Shown here in pieces: positions 1-9,931 of a stretch of 64,000 bases of DNA. Made by a program: the position numbers and the translations under genes. Positions within the stretch are counted from its first letter, which is position 1. Each line of letters opens with the position of its first letter. The DNA is from Patescibacteria group bacterium UBA7435 (GTDB lineage: Bacteria > Patescibacteriota > Minisyncoccia > Phycocordibacterales > UBA918), in NCBI GenBank assembly GCA_002477545.1, contig DLQJ01000007.1:87188-151187 (forward strand), written 5' to 3'. The notes below the pieces were generated by a model. The model saw nothing but the letters and a program-made list of their open reading frames with translations, searched no databases and was not told the origin of the DNA.

Positions 1-316
1 ATGTCTTCCCTACACTTCCGGTGATGGCAATGATTGTGGGTTTCTTTCGTTTGAGGAGAATTTTGGCCTCAAAGGTAAGGATAGCAACGACAATATTTTT
101 AAGGATTTGTTTCATTATAGTTTGGCAGGATTATAAGTTTATTTTAACATTTCTTAACTTAGTCTGTGAAATTTAGGACTGTATCAGTCACATCAAACGC
201 AAGAAATTCCTTTAGATACGATGCGGGTGAGGAATTGAGAGCGAGACGAACTTAATGTACGGTGAGTGCTCAATTACCGAAACCAACAAAGTAGATGAGA
301 TAATTTCTTGCATTTG

Positions 317-2035
317 TTACCTATCTGGAGGAAGGTTGTAGTAGTTGATTAAGAATTTTGTTACTTCCATAAACGGCTCAGTCAATGTCTCTGACGCATA
401 GCGAACCTCTTTTGGTTCAACAGTATACAAGAAAACTAAAAATTCAGGATCATAGCTGGGGAAATATCCGAAAAATGAGTGGAGGAACTTATCTTCATAA
501 TATCCACCATCTACTTCGTCAGCAATTTGTGCAGTTCCGGTCTTTGCTGCAACACTGTAATTCTCTAATTTTACATTCCCTCCTCGCAGTGCGTCATCTA
601 CTACAGCAGTAAGCATACGCGAAGCAGTTACACTCGCTTCTTCACTAAATACCTGTTCTCCTTCTGGATATTGCACCTCTTTGACAGTGCCGTCAAGATA
701 TTCAATACGTTTTACAATATGTGGAGTCACCAGCTTCCCTCCGTTGGCTAATGTGGAAAGCGCACGCACGGTCGCAATCGGTGTTAACGCAATTCCTTGC
801 CCAAATGATGCAGTTGCATATTCAACGTCGCGCGGTGAATCAAGGTTAGCAACAAGACCATATGCTTCGTTAGGTAAATCAATACCCGTTTCACTTCCAA
901 ATCTCAACGCTTTGAAATATGTCCGAAATTTCTCCTTCCCCATTTTATCTACAATAAACGCCACTCCGGTATTAAGTGACTGATTAAGCACCTCTTGCAT
1001 ATCCACCGTCCCCCGCCCTTTGCCGTCATAGTTACTAATGGTGTATGTGTCCAGATCAAGTGATCCAGAGTCGTAGTAAGTCGTATCTGGCGTTACAGCC
1101 CCACTATCAAGGCCAACCGCCATAGTTAATGCCTTAATAATAGAACCCATCTCATATACGTTCTCAACAAGCGGATTTTTAAAGTCATCAATGGTCGACC
1201 CGGTTCGATCATTGAGGTCAAATGTTGGAACAGCGTTAAGTGCGTAAATCTCACCATTTCGTGGATTGATAATGATTCCTCCGGTAACTTTACTGTTCCA
1301 TTGTTCCTGAGTCTTTGCTAACTCACGATCAAGCATACGCGCAACAGTGGGCTCAATGGTTGTCACGATGTCTCCGGTACGGGCATCAGTGGTATCAAAA
1401 ATAATACTTCCAAGGTTACTAAAGATCTCTGCAAAGAAGTTAACTGACAATTTACTATTATCTCGCGCAAGCACGTCTTCGTAGTACCGTTCGAGTCCAT
1501 AGCGTCCTGTTACACCAGTACCACTATCCGAAGTGAAACCGACAAAGCCAACCGTGCGAGCTGCAAGATCTTCTCCTGGGTAATATCGCCATTGATCGCG
1601 ATAGAGTTGTACTCCGTTGAGGTCGAGTGCTTCTACGTCATCAGCCTGTGCCTCTGAAAGTTCTGAGGCGATTTCATAATACGTCCGTTCCTTTTTCCCT
1701 GCGCGCAATAAAAAGGTTTCTTCATCAAGCGCGTAAACGCTATTAATTTGTTCGTATGTAAATGCTTCGTCTTCTATGCGTGTTGGATCTATTGAGAGCA
1801 GATACCCTGACTGTACAGTTGCTGCTGATACTTTTTCATCAGCTTTAGTAGAAAAATAGATACTCCCGCGAGAATAGAGATCACGTACGGTATGCACATA
1901 CTGTCGCTCTGCCTTCTCTTGGTAGATGTCATGTTGCATGATCTGTATTTGATACAGACGTACAATTAAAATAAGTGCTAAAAAAAGAACAGCACCAGTG
2001 ATGATGCGTATTCGGATAATTGCGTTCTTTCTCAT
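317..2035 (-). CDS. ftsI: class B penicillin-binding protein / peptidoglycan transpeptidase (FtsI-like)
   Basis: 572 aa with N-terminal TM anchor; SxxK (GSIIK), SxN and KTGT motifs; follows mraZ-rsmH-ftsL in dcw order. Confidence 0.85.
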   Translation of the reverse strand: MRKNAIIRIRIITGAVLFLALILIVRLYQIQIMQHDIYQEKAERQYVHTVRDLYSRGSIYFSTKADEKVSAATVQSGYLLSIDPTRIEDEAFTYEQINSVYALDEETFLLRAGKKERTYYEIASELSEAQADDVEALDLNGVQLYRDQWRYYPGEDLAARTVGFVGFTSDSGTGVTGRYGLERYYEDVLARDNSKLSVNFFAEIFSNLGSIIFDTTDARTGDIVTTIEPTVARMLDRELAKTQEQWNSKVTGGIIINPRNGEIYALNAVPTFDLNDRTGSTIDDFKNPLVENVYEMGSIIKALTMAVGLDSGAVTPDTTYYDSGSLDLDTYTISNYDGKGRGTVDMQEVLNQSLNTGVAFIVDKMGKEKFRTYFKALRFGSETGIDLPNEAYGLVANLDSPRDVEYATASFGQGIALTPIATVRALSTLANGGKLVTPHIVKRIEYLDGTVKEVQYPEGEQVFSEEASVTASRMLTAVVDDALRGGNVKLENYSVAAKTGTAQIADEVDGGYYEDKFLHSFFGYFPSYDPEFLVFLYTVEPKEVRYASETLTEPFMEVTKFLINYYNLPPDR

Positions 2036-2067
2036 ATAAGCATTGTATGTAAAATCACACTGCTACG

Positions 2068-2388
2068 CTAGCGCTGTGCACCATCTGATAACACCAAAGC
2101 TGGTGTTGTTCGATCTATAAATACCTTATGTGACGTCTGTGTATACCCTTGTAATGATGCAATATCAGAACTAACGCGGTGTTGTGCTTCAATAAATCGT
2201 CCTTCTAAAAGACTGATTTCTGAACTTCGCTTCTGTAATTCTTGATTTACCTCTGTTCGTATTACCACATGCACTATTGATGCGCTGATAAAGTAGACAT
2301 ACAACGCAAACAATGCGACGCACACAAACAACATACCTATGCAGATACGCTTCTGTAACATATGTTGTTGTTTGTTTTTAGTAGTCAT
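2068..2388 (-). CDS. ftsL: FtsL-like cell division protein
   Basis: 106 aa, single TM plus coiled coil; lies between rsmH and ftsI. Confidence 0.55.
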   Translation of the reverse strand: MTTKNKQQHMLQKRICIGMLFVCVALFALYVYFISASIVHVVIRTEVNQELQKRSSEISLLEGRFIEAQHRVSSDIASLQGYTQTSHKVFIDRTTPALVLSDGAQR

Positions 2389-2390
2389 TT

Positions 2391-3290
2391 TTATATTTTT
2401 TCGATCACTCGGTATTTCGCACTACGTGCTCTGGGGTTACTGTTTTGTTCTTCTGCACTTGGTGCCATTGGTTTTTTGAAAACTAAGACTCCTTTTTGAT
2501 CGCGTGCGTACTCCCTAAATGTTTGCTTAACGATCCGATCTTCCAAACTATGGAAAGAAATGATTCCCATGCGCCCACCGGGCTTTAGGACATCCATGCC
2601 TGAAGCTAACAGCTCCTTAAGTGCATCAAACTCATCATTTACTGCAATACGCAGTGCTTGGAATGATTTTGTTGCAGGATGGGTACGTTTTCGCCTGTAT
2701 GGAACTGGCACAGCATGATAAATGATGTCTGCAAGTTGTACGGATGAAGTAATTTCTTCTTCTTTACGCTTCTCAACGATTGCTTTTGCAATGCGTCGCG
2801 AGAAATGTTCTTCACCATATGCATAGACAACATTTGCTATGTCTTCTTCGTCCCATTCATTAACAATGTCGTGTGCAGTAAATGGGTAATCATTTGGTGA
2901 TCCAAAGGTCATGTGTAGAGGCTCATCTTCCTGAAAGGAAAATCCTCTTTTTTCACCTGAAGAACCGTCAAACTGTTCCATTCGCCAACCTAAGTCAGCT
3001 AATACTGCATCAACAGAGTTAATTCCTAGCGTCTCTAGTGTTTGTTTGATATCTCGGAAATTACTGTGTACCAGATGGATTGTTGCTTTGTACTCACTGT
3101 GGAGGTGAGTATTTGCTTCAATTGCCGTTTTGTCCGCATCAAGTCCTATATAAGTACCTTCTTTTCCGATTATCGAGAGGATTGTTTCTGCATGTCCCGC
3201 GCTACCCAAAGTACAATCCACAACAACTGAACCCTTTGACAGGTTCAGTTCATGAGTTGCTTCTTGTTGTAAGACCGTAATATGTCGCAT
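2391..3290 (-). CDS. rsmH: 16S rRNA (cytosine1402-N4)-methyltransferase RsmH/MraW
   Basis: 299 aa; N-terminal MraW signature (VVDCTLGSAGH); position after mraZ. Confidence 0.9.
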   Translation of the reverse strand: MRHITVLQQEATHELNLSKGSVVVDCTLGSAGHAETILSIIGKEGTYIGLDADKTAIEANTHLHSEYKATIHLVHSNFRDIKQTLETLGINSVDAVLADLGWRMEQFDGSSGEKRGFSFQEDEPLHMTFGSPNDYPFTAHDIVNEWDEEDIANVVYAYGEEHFSRRIAKAIVEKRKEEEITSSVQLADIIYHAVPVPYRRKRTHPATKSFQALRIAVNDEFDALKELLASGMDVLKPGGRMGIISFHSLEDRIVKQTFREYARDQKGVLVFKKPMAPSAEEQNSNPRARSAKYRVIEKI

Positions 3291-3388
3291 AGCGAATTGA
3301 TTACGTGGTCTGTAGGGTAGATGGAAGATCCATGCCCTGCCTCCAACACGACACTTCCCAATGTCGTCTGGTTGTTTCGGGCATAGAT

Positions 3389-3823
3389 CTACAGGACGCC
3401 GATATCGCCAAGTTTCTCAGCAAGCTGATCTGCCTGTGCTTCGATACGTCGTTTGTATTCCTCCCATTGCTTCTCATCCCAAATTTCTACACGATCATGG
3501 ATTCCTGCAAGCGTGACTTTACCGTCAAGATTTGCGAATTCCTTTAAAAAATCTGGAACGAGAATACGTCCAACACTATCTACCTCGACTTCAACCGCTC
3601 CTGATAAGAAGAATCGATTAAAGCTTCTCGTATCCGATTGTCCCAGTGGCAACTGTCCGATTTTCTCGGTAATCACCTGCCACTGTTTCAATGGATATAC
3701 AAAGAGACAATTATCAAGACCTCGAGTAACTACAAGTTTTCTCCCAAGTTCCTTCCGCCACTTGGACGGCATGGACAGCCGTTTCTTAGGATCCAACGTA
3801 TGTTTGTATTCACCGATTAACAT
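3389..3823 (-). CDS. mraZ: transcriptional regulator MraZ
   Basis: 144 aa; tandem MraZ/SpoVT-AbrB-like halves; first gene of the dcw cluster. Confidence 0.9.
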   Translation of the reverse strand: MLIGEYKHTLDPKKRLSMPSKWRKELGRKLVVTRGLDNCLFVYPLKQWQVITEKIGQLPLGQSDTRSFNRFFLSGAVEVEVDSVGRILVPDFLKEFANLDGKVTLAGIHDRVEIWDEKQWEEYKRRIEAQADQLAEKLGDIGVL

Positions 3824-3930
3824 GTCTTGATAGTTTTGAGTTGGTCTGAAGACCTACTGCAATTAAGTGGAGTAAATTACAGAGGGTATTCAAACCAACT
3901 CATCCCTGTATACTCTATTTCAAGAGTATA

Positions 3931-3982
3931 CCACTATCTCCCACCACGTGCACATTATATACCACTTTACCCCACTGTCTAA
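3931..3982 (-). promoter_or_regulatory. putative mraZ promoter with phased GTGG (MraZ-box-like) repeats
   Basis: On the minus strand: -35 TTAGAC (plus 3977-3982), 17-nt spacer, -10 TATAAT (plus 3954-3959). GTGG(G/T) repeats (plus-strand CCAC at about 3931, 3941/3944, 3962, 3971) lie about 10 bp apart, overlapping the promoter. Confidence 0.45.
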
Positions 3983-4054
3983 CACAGTTATACACAGTGT
4001 CCCGCCACAAGAAGCAAACAAAGGATTTATTACAGCCCTCAAACAAAGGATATT

Positions 4055-4096
4055 CGAAAACAACCACAGAAAACATGTTTTCTGTGGTTGTTTTCG
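4055..4096. terminator. 42-nt perfect palindrome (19-bp stem hairpin); likely bidirectional terminator or insulator between the mraZ promoter and the downstream small gene
   Basis: cgaaaacaaccacagaaaaca|tgttttctgtggttgttttcg is exactly self-complementary. Confidence 0.5.
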
Positions 4097-4347
4097 CACC
4101 AAAGTACGAACATCTGCCATATCCCACCGGTAAAAAAATATGGCTAAAAACAAGGTTCACTTGGACATAAAAAAACACCCAACAATTGTCAGGTATCTGT
4201 ATAGAGCATTGTGCTCAATGGTAGTGCATGCGGGGGCAAGTTTCACCTATACCCCCATCATCAAGCAAAATTTTTGATCCAACGAAAAGTTAGATCAGTA
4301 TCTGAATTCGTCATAATGAACGATTCGCATGAGTTTGGGACTCATTT

Positions 4348-4590
4348 TTATCCTCCTTTTGTTTCACCGGACATGCCGGCTGTTTTAATAATGTGCATGC
4401 CGTTGTTGAAATCGGCACTGTCTATACCTCGTAGTGTGTGCGGTTCTTGCTGACTACCTTCGATGACAAGGTCATCTCCGGCGACAAGGTGTCCGTAAAA
4501 AAACGGATCCTCCTGGGCAAGTCGTTCCCGTTCCCAATCTGGAAGACCAGTGCTAAAACCATCCGTTGATTCCTGTACTGCAGTGATCAT
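4348..4590 (-). CDS. hypothetical protein (80 aa)
   Basis: ORF with a GGAG-like SD 8 nt upstream; the overlapping plus-strand ORF has no RBS. Confidence 0.4.
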   Translation of the reverse strand: MITAVQESTDGFSTGLPDWERERLAQEDPFFYGHLVAGDDLVIEGSQQEPHTLRGIDSADFNNGMHIIKTAGMSGETKGG

Positions 4591-4710
4591 TCTTCATCTC
4601 CCCATAATTGCTAAATTCCTGATGTATTATACATGATTAATTAGTTTTGTCAATCTTTTACTAACTTAAATTTTATCCTTCCCTACTGGAAAAGGACGAC
4701 TGTGCCAAAG

Positions 4711-4747
4711 CATGAAAAAACCGCGGACAAATGTCCGCGGTTTTTGC
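4711..4747. terminator. bidirectional rho-independent terminator
   Basis: A-tract, then CCGCGGACA-AA-TGTCCGCGG hairpin, then TTTTTG. Confidence 0.8.
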
Positions 4748-4766
4748 ATTATAAACCAAAAGATTT

Positions 4767-4913
4767 TAATGCATAACCCAATGTTCGCTGATCAAAACCT
4801 CTGCCGATTGTAATCGGAATAAGAAGTGTACGTACAGCTTCAGAAAGTTCTTCTGCTTCTTTGTATGTGTAAACAACCATGACGTGCATCCTTTCACTTG
4901 TGCTTGTGTTCAT
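4767..4913 (-). CDS. possible small ORF (49 aa), unknown
   Basis: ORF below the track cutoff, between the uppS stop and the terminator; no clear RBS. Confidence 0.2.
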
Positions 4914-4939
4914 ATCAAACTGAATGACAAAACAAAAAG

Positions 4940-5668
4940 TTACACTTTCGTTCTCTGTCCTCCAAAAAGGCGTGAGCTGGGGTCAGCATAGGCGATAATT
5001 TTTTGCAGATGGTCCACTGTGAAATTTGGCCACAAAACTTCAGTTGACACACACACTGATTGAACGGACTGTAGCGGAAGAAATGCTGAACCTCGCCATT
5101 GTGACATCCCGCCACTTGCTTCAGGCATACCGGTGCGAATAATTATGTCAGGTTCGTTCCCTGCTTCTGTATCTAAATGTGATTGTACGTATTGAGCAGT
5201 AACATCATCTGGGGAAATATCATTTTGTAGTGCGTTTTTTACCATGCGGGCAACTTCGTCCACCCCGTCGTAATTCAATGCAATTTGTAATAATGTTCCA
5301 CTATTAGAAACAGATCGACGTTCAGCATCCTCGGATGCAGCAAGTACTGCATCAGGTAATCCTGACCGATCTCCAATAAGCTTAAAACGAACACCATCAT
5401 CTATGAGCCCTTTTAGATGGGTTGTTAAAAATTGTAAAAATAAAATCCAAATGCCGTCCACCTCACTCTTGTCTCTTTTCCAGTTAGCAATAGCGAAAGC
5501 AAACACACTAAGTGTTTGTACTCTGTTTTCTGGGCAAGTCTTAATAAGACCAAGTAACGCCCGAACACCTTCAGCATGACCTTCAAGACGTTCTTTTCCT
5601 TGCTGTGTCGCCCAGCGACCATTTCCGTCGAGAATAATCCCCACATGCAGTCCTTTTTTGATTTCCAT
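4940..5668 (-). CDS. uppS: undecaprenyl diphosphate synthase
   Basis: 242 aa; N-terminal GIILDGNGRWA cis-prenyltransferase motif. Confidence 0.9.
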   Translation of the reverse strand: MEIKKGLHVGIILDGNGRWATQQGKERLEGHAEGVRALLGLIKTCPENRVQTLSVFAFAIANWKRDKSEVDGIWILFLQFLTTHLKGLIDDGVRFKLIGDRSGLPDAVLAASEDAERRSVSNSGTLLQIALNYDGVDEVARMVKNALQNDISPDDVTAQYVQSHLDTEAGNEPDIIIRTGMPEASGGMSQWRGSAFLPLQSVQSVCVSTEVLWPNFTVDHLQKIIAYADPSSRLFGGQRTKV

Positions 5669-5703
5669 ATTGCTCTTATAACAAACCTATTCTTAATAAA
5701 GTT

Positions 5704-5746
5704 ATAACAAAAGTGTGTAAGGGTAGTCCTTACACACTTTTGTTAT
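5704..5746 (-). terminator. hairpin terminator downstream of lysK
   Basis: 18-bp inverted repeat taacaaaagtgtgtaagg/ccttacacacttttgtta. Confidence 0.55.
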
Positions 5747-5755
5747 TGCATGTCT

Positions 5756-7339
5756 TTAGACAACACCGCGCAATCGCTCAAGTACAAAATCTTTATCAAG
5801 TGTACTCATAAACCATCCAACTTTAGGACCACTCTCTTTTCCTAGGAATAATAGATACAGCGCAGTAAAGAATTCTTTTGGGCTCAGCTCTGACTCTTCT
5901 TTCACTTGGTGCGTGAGCTCGTGAATCGCTTGACCATCCATTGTCTCAAGACTCTCTAGCTTATCTGCAAAAAGTTTGATGGCGTTCTTCTGATCATCAG
6001 TAAGCACTAAAGCGGTTTCTGGTACTGCTTCTTGTAGTGCAAAGATAAATCGATCTTCTGCATATTGCGCAAGCCAACGCTTTGCGTATTCGCTTCGCAG
6101 ATCAATCTCAGCACGATCTTCCTCTGTTAATGGAGCTTCTTTCATTTTTTCTACCTCTTCATAGATATCCATGTGTGGCATCTGTACCAAGAATGCAATC
6201 TGTGAGAATCGTGGGAGGAACCGTTTTGGAATATTCGCCCGTTCTTCCGGTAAGTGTGCAAACCTAAATACTTGTGAGTCATCGTCTTCTACCCCACTCC
6301 ATACTTTCTGTGCAAGTCGATCGTATGTATCAAACAATACCGGCACCGCGTCACCCTCAGGATCGAAGTCCAACTGGCGATTAATTGGCGTCTTCAAAAG
6401 AAGTAACCGTAGGATGTGCGGCGGCAGTAGTTCAGTCATTTCCTTTGCCGTTGCAGCATTCCCCTTTGATGAAGACATTTTCTTCCCTCCTACTAAGAAA
6501 AACTCATTAAATACACCATATGGTGGCTGGTGCTCAAGCACTTCACGAGAAATAGCTTCAGCGACTTGCCGTGCGCCTCCCTTAGAATAATGATCCTTAC
6601 CTCCTCCTTCAAAATGCACACCGTTAGCCATGAACTTCGCAGCCCATTCTGGCTTCCATGGAAGTGATGCGTTTCCATCAAATGGAGAGATTCGTCCATT
6701 GTGACCACAGCCCTCTGCCCATTCAATCGTGTCTGAAGAACAGGTGTAGTCCACCATTTCCCCGTCCCAGCCAGTAATACGCGTCGCACTAAGATTCCCA
6801 CAGTTTTCGCACACCACATTAAGTGGGTACCAATCAGCAGCTCGTTCGCTTCCTGAAACTTCTTTATAGATCTTGTGGATGATTTCTTTCTTATCAAGTA
6901 CTGCACGGATTGCATCATTCATACGTCCACTTCTGTAAAGCTCAGTAGCTCGATACACTTCTGCGCCAAATCCGATACGTCCCACTACTTCTACATACTC
7001 CTGTCCGTAGAGTTCAGCAAAATTCTCATACCCTTCTACTGGAGATGGAATTGAATACAGAGGATGTCCCATGTACTTTTTGTACTCAGCTTCGTCCAAG
7101 TAGCCCGGGATACCATCCATCGGATCAAAATCATTAATTTCAAAAAGAAACTTCACCTTAATCCCTCGATCGTTAAGCACGTCAGCAACGATCGCGTGCA
7201 GTGCTGCACTACGAAGTGACCCAACATGTACCTGTCCTGATGCAGTCTTTTCATCTCGTACAATAATAGGTTCGCCTGTATCAATAACATGCTGATATTT
7301 TCGTACTACCTCATCTGCAATTTTATCTGCCCAAAACAT
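5756..7339 (-). CDS. lysK: class I (archaeal-type) lysyl-tRNA synthetase
   Basis: N-terminus MFWADKIADE; HIGH-like HVGSLR; KMSSSKG (KMSKS); Cys cluster. Start moved to the internal Met (MFWADK) at 7339. Confidence 0.8.
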   Translation of the reverse strand: MFWADKIADEVVRKYQHVIDTGEPIIVRDEKTASGQVHVGSLRSAALHAIVADVLNDRGIKVKFLFEINDFDPMDGIPGYLDEAEYKKYMGHPLYSIPSPVEGYENFAELYGQEYVEVVGRIGFGAEVYRATELYRSGRMNDAIRAVLDKKEIIHKIYKEVSGSERAADWYPLNVVCENCGNLSATRITGWDGEMVDYTCSSDTIEWAEGCGHNGRISPFDGNASLPWKPEWAAKFMANGVHFEGGGKDHYSKGGARQVAEAISREVLEHQPPYGVFNEFFLVGGKKMSSSKGNAATAKEMTELLPPHILRLLLLKTPINRQLDFDPEGDAVPVLFDTYDRLAQKVWSGVEDDDSQVFRFAHLPEERANIPKRFLPRFSQIAFLVQMPHMDIYEEVEKMKEAPLTEEDRAEIDLRSEYAKRWLAQYAEDRFIFALQEAVPETALVLTDDQKNAIKLFADKLESLETMDGQAIHELTHQVKEESELSPKEFFTALYLLFLGKESGPKVGWFMSTLDKDFVLERLRGVV

Positions 7340-7394
7340 AATGTCGTTAGTGTAGCTAATAATAAGGGTTTTGCAAATGTATAGAAACAATAAA

Positions 7395-7428
7395 CAAAAG
7401 AACGGCGCCAAAGGCGCCGTTCTTTTGT
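7395..7428. terminator. bidirectional terminator (greA / lysK)
   Basis: caaaagaacggcgcc-aaa-ggcgccgttcttttg perfect inverted repeat. Confidence 0.8.
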
Positions 7429-7436
7429 TCTCAGAT

Positions 7437-7904
7437 CTAGTCGATCTTCAACAATTTATATTTCTGCTTCCCTCCTGGTGTCTCAAATTCAATCTCCTCT
7501 CCCTTCTCCTTCCCCATCAATGCTTCACCAAGTGGTGAGAGATATGACAGCTTCTTTGCATGAATGTCAGCTTCTTCTGACCCTACAATTGTGTAGCAGA
7601 TGTTTCCCTTCTCTCCTGTCTTTTGGATACACACTTCGTTTCCGAGTCCTACAACATCTGACTTACTGTTAGTTACAATCTTAGCTTCTTTCATTACCTG
7701 TTCAAGATGTGTAATTCGTTCCTCGATAGCAGCCTGCATATCTCGTGCTTCTTGGTATTCTGCATTTTCAGAAAGGTCTCCCAGACTTCGTGCATACTCC
7801 AGCGATTCAGCAACTTCTTTCCGGCGTACTGTTTTTAAGTTTTCTAACTCTGTCTTAAGCTCTTCGAACTTCTCTTTGGTCAAAAATTCTTGTGTGTCAT
7901 TCAT
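7437..7904 (-). CDS. greA: transcription elongation factor GreA
   Basis: 155 aa; conserved GreA N-terminal coiled coil and C-terminal FKBP-like domain. Confidence 0.9.
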   Translation of the reverse strand: MNDTQEFLTKEKFEELKTELENLKTVRRKEVAESLEYARSLGDLSENAEYQEARDMQAAIEERITHLEQVMKEAKIVTNSKSDVVGLGNEVCIQKTGEKGNICYTIVGSEEADIHAKKLSYLSPLGEALMGKEKGEEIEFETPGGKQKYKLLKID

Positions 7905-7971
7905 ATAAATTTGTTTCGTCCATTATACGCGGAAAAAAATTCCGGTCAAACAGCGAAGTTTTCCACAGGTG

Positions 7972-9669
7972 TTATTCGGTGAGATCTTCAGTGATTTCAA
8001 GATACTCTGGAGCATTCTCGTGAATCCAATCCATAATATCTCCCGCCAAAGTAGTACCTCCAAGACTATTACTGTACGGCGCGTTCTCCATAAGTACCAC
8101 AAAAGAATACTGGGGATCTTCGTATGGCCAGAAACCAGCTGCCCACGTGTTTAAACGTGATTTAGCAGAGTCCAACTCTGCAGTCCCCGACTTTGCAGCA
8201 ATTTTTACATAATCCTTCTCAAGTGACCGAGCGGTACCTCCAGCATAGTAGGTCGTCATATGCATTCCTTCACGTACGATATCAAGTGCCCAAGGATCGA
8301 GTGCAACTTCACGATATTCACCAACCTTTCCTTTCTCTACATGTGGCACAAAAAACTTTCCACCGTTTGCCAAACCACCATAGGCAACAAGCATCTGCAA
8401 CGGTGTCACCTGCCAACCATACTGACCGATTGAGGTGAAGTAGGTGTCTCCCAGACGCCAGTCATCATCGAAATGCTCCCGCTTCCAATCCGGATTTGGA
8501 ACGGTTCCTGACTGCTCGTTTGCCAAATCAACATTTGTTCGTTCTCCAAATCCAAAGAGTGAGAAATACGTATTTATTTTCATAATACCAAGACCCTCCT
8601 GATCACGAAACCCGCCTCCAATAATATAGAAATACACATTCGACGAAAACGCGATAGCTTCTTTCATGGTCATCTTTCCGTGCGCTCGCCAGTCTCGGAA
8701 GACCGATGGGTTATTTGGATTGTATGGATTTGGAATCACAATCTCCCCAGTACTGACAATTATCTTGTTTGGACTGATGACATCTTCAACAAGTGCAGCG
8801 TATGCAACAAATGGTTTCACAATAGAACCAGGAGTGTATACACCTGCAAGTACTTTATTAAGAAATGGGAATCGTTCATCTGTATTGTATTGTGCGATGA
8901 GGTCTATATCATCTCCATCGGCCATTACTTCTGGGTCATACGATGGATAGCTTGTCATGGCGATAATTTCACCAGTGTGGATGTCCATAATAGCTGCTGC
9001 ACCACTACGAGAACCTGATTGTGCTGTAGAGGTCGCAATGATGTCGTGCATCGCTTCAGAGAGCCGTACATCAAGCGAGAGAGTTAGTTCCTTACCTGAC
9101 TTTGGTTGTTCTACAATGTGTTCCCCAATTACTTCACCTAATGCATCGGTTTCAATGAGTTGTTGTCCATTTTTACCACTAAGTAGCTCATTAAATGAGG
9201 ACTCAACTCCATTGCGCCCAATGTATTCAGTACGGTAATAAAAACCTCTTTTATCTTTCAATGGATAACTTACATACCCTATAAGTTGCCCTAATCCATT
9301 ACGATCGGTGTATGCGCGCACAGGAAAAGAATACGCTCCGTCTTTATCAGGTTCATTCCATGCGAGCAATTCTCCATTACGGTCATACACTACACCTCGC
9401 TCGGCGATAATGACTGTTTCATCAAGACTATTATTTTCACTAATGTCCCTAAACTCTGCACCTTGGGTTATCTGCAAAAGAAATAACTTACTCAAAAACC
9501 ATAACGCGATAAGTACAAAAAGGACCGCAACAACACCAACGTTGTAGCTGGTAATAGGGAGTTCTTTTTTCCCCTCCATACGTCCTTGATTAAAGGAAGG
9601 TAAATTTGAAGAATCCAATAAAATTTCTTCAAAAGAAACATCTTTTTTGTTTTTTCGTTTCCAAAACAT
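7972..9669 (-). CDS. mrdA: penicillin-binding protein 2 (elongasome transpeptidase)
   Basis: 565 aa; TM anchor; SxxK (GSIVK), SSN, KSGT; follows mreB-mreC. Confidence 0.8.
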   Translation of the reverse strand: MFWKRKNKKDVSFEEILLDSSNLPSFNQGRMEGKKELPITSYNVGVVAVLFVLIALWFLSKLFLLQITQGAEFRDISENNSLDETVIIAERGVVYDRNGELLAWNEPDKDGAYSFPVRAYTDRNGLGQLIGYVSYPLKDKRGFYYRTEYIGRNGVESSFNELLSGKNGQQLIETDALGEVIGEHIVEQPKSGKELTLSLDVRLSEAMHDIIATSTAQSGSRSGAAAIMDIHTGEIIAMTSYPSYDPEVMADGDDIDLIAQYNTDERFPFLNKVLAGVYTPGSIVKPFVAYAALVEDVISPNKIIVSTGEIVIPNPYNPNNPSVFRDWRAHGKMTMKEAIAFSSNVYFYIIGGGFRDQEGLGIMKINTYFSLFGFGERTNVDLANEQSGTVPNPDWKREHFDDDWRLGDTYFTSIGQYGWQVTPLQMLVAYGGLANGGKFFVPHVEKGKVGEYREVALDPWALDIVREGMHMTTYYAGGTARSLEKDYVKIAAKSGTAELDSAKSRLNTWAAGFWPYEDPQYSFVVLMENAPYSNSLGGTTLAGDIMDWIHENAPEYLEITEDLTE

Positions 9670-9670
9670 A

Positions 9671-9931
9671 TTATTGTTGATACATCAGCAGATACGGTTT
9701 AAGTGCTTGGATACATAGAAGTCCCACCCCAGTTACAAGCGTATACACATACATTCCACTACCGCCATATCCAAAATATGCGTCAATTATTGCAGCAAGT
9801 ACAATCAACTCAATTCCTGCATACAAAAATGCGTAGATTACAGCGGATACAACAAATACGACAACAGGGCCAGTGAGGCCAAGCACCGCCACCAAAACAA
9901 AAAGTGAAAATTGTAATGCGTTATTCTTCAT
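9671..9931 (-). CDS. small polytopic membrane protein, possibly reduced MreD
   Basis: 86 aa, 3 TM helices; sits in the mreD position between mreC and PBP2. Confidence 0.3.
   Translation of the reverse strand: MKNNALQFSLFVLVAVLGLTGPVVVFVVSAVIYAFLYAGIELIVLAAIIDAYFGYGGSGMYVYTLVTGVGLLCIQALKPYLLMYQQ

Noticed and set aside
4225-4270. tRNA-like D-arm sequence GTGCTCAATGGTAGTGCA followed by a GGGGG...CCCCC hairpin
   Set aside because: No anticodon arm or T-arm, and no acceptor pairing. Likely chance or a decayed fragment.
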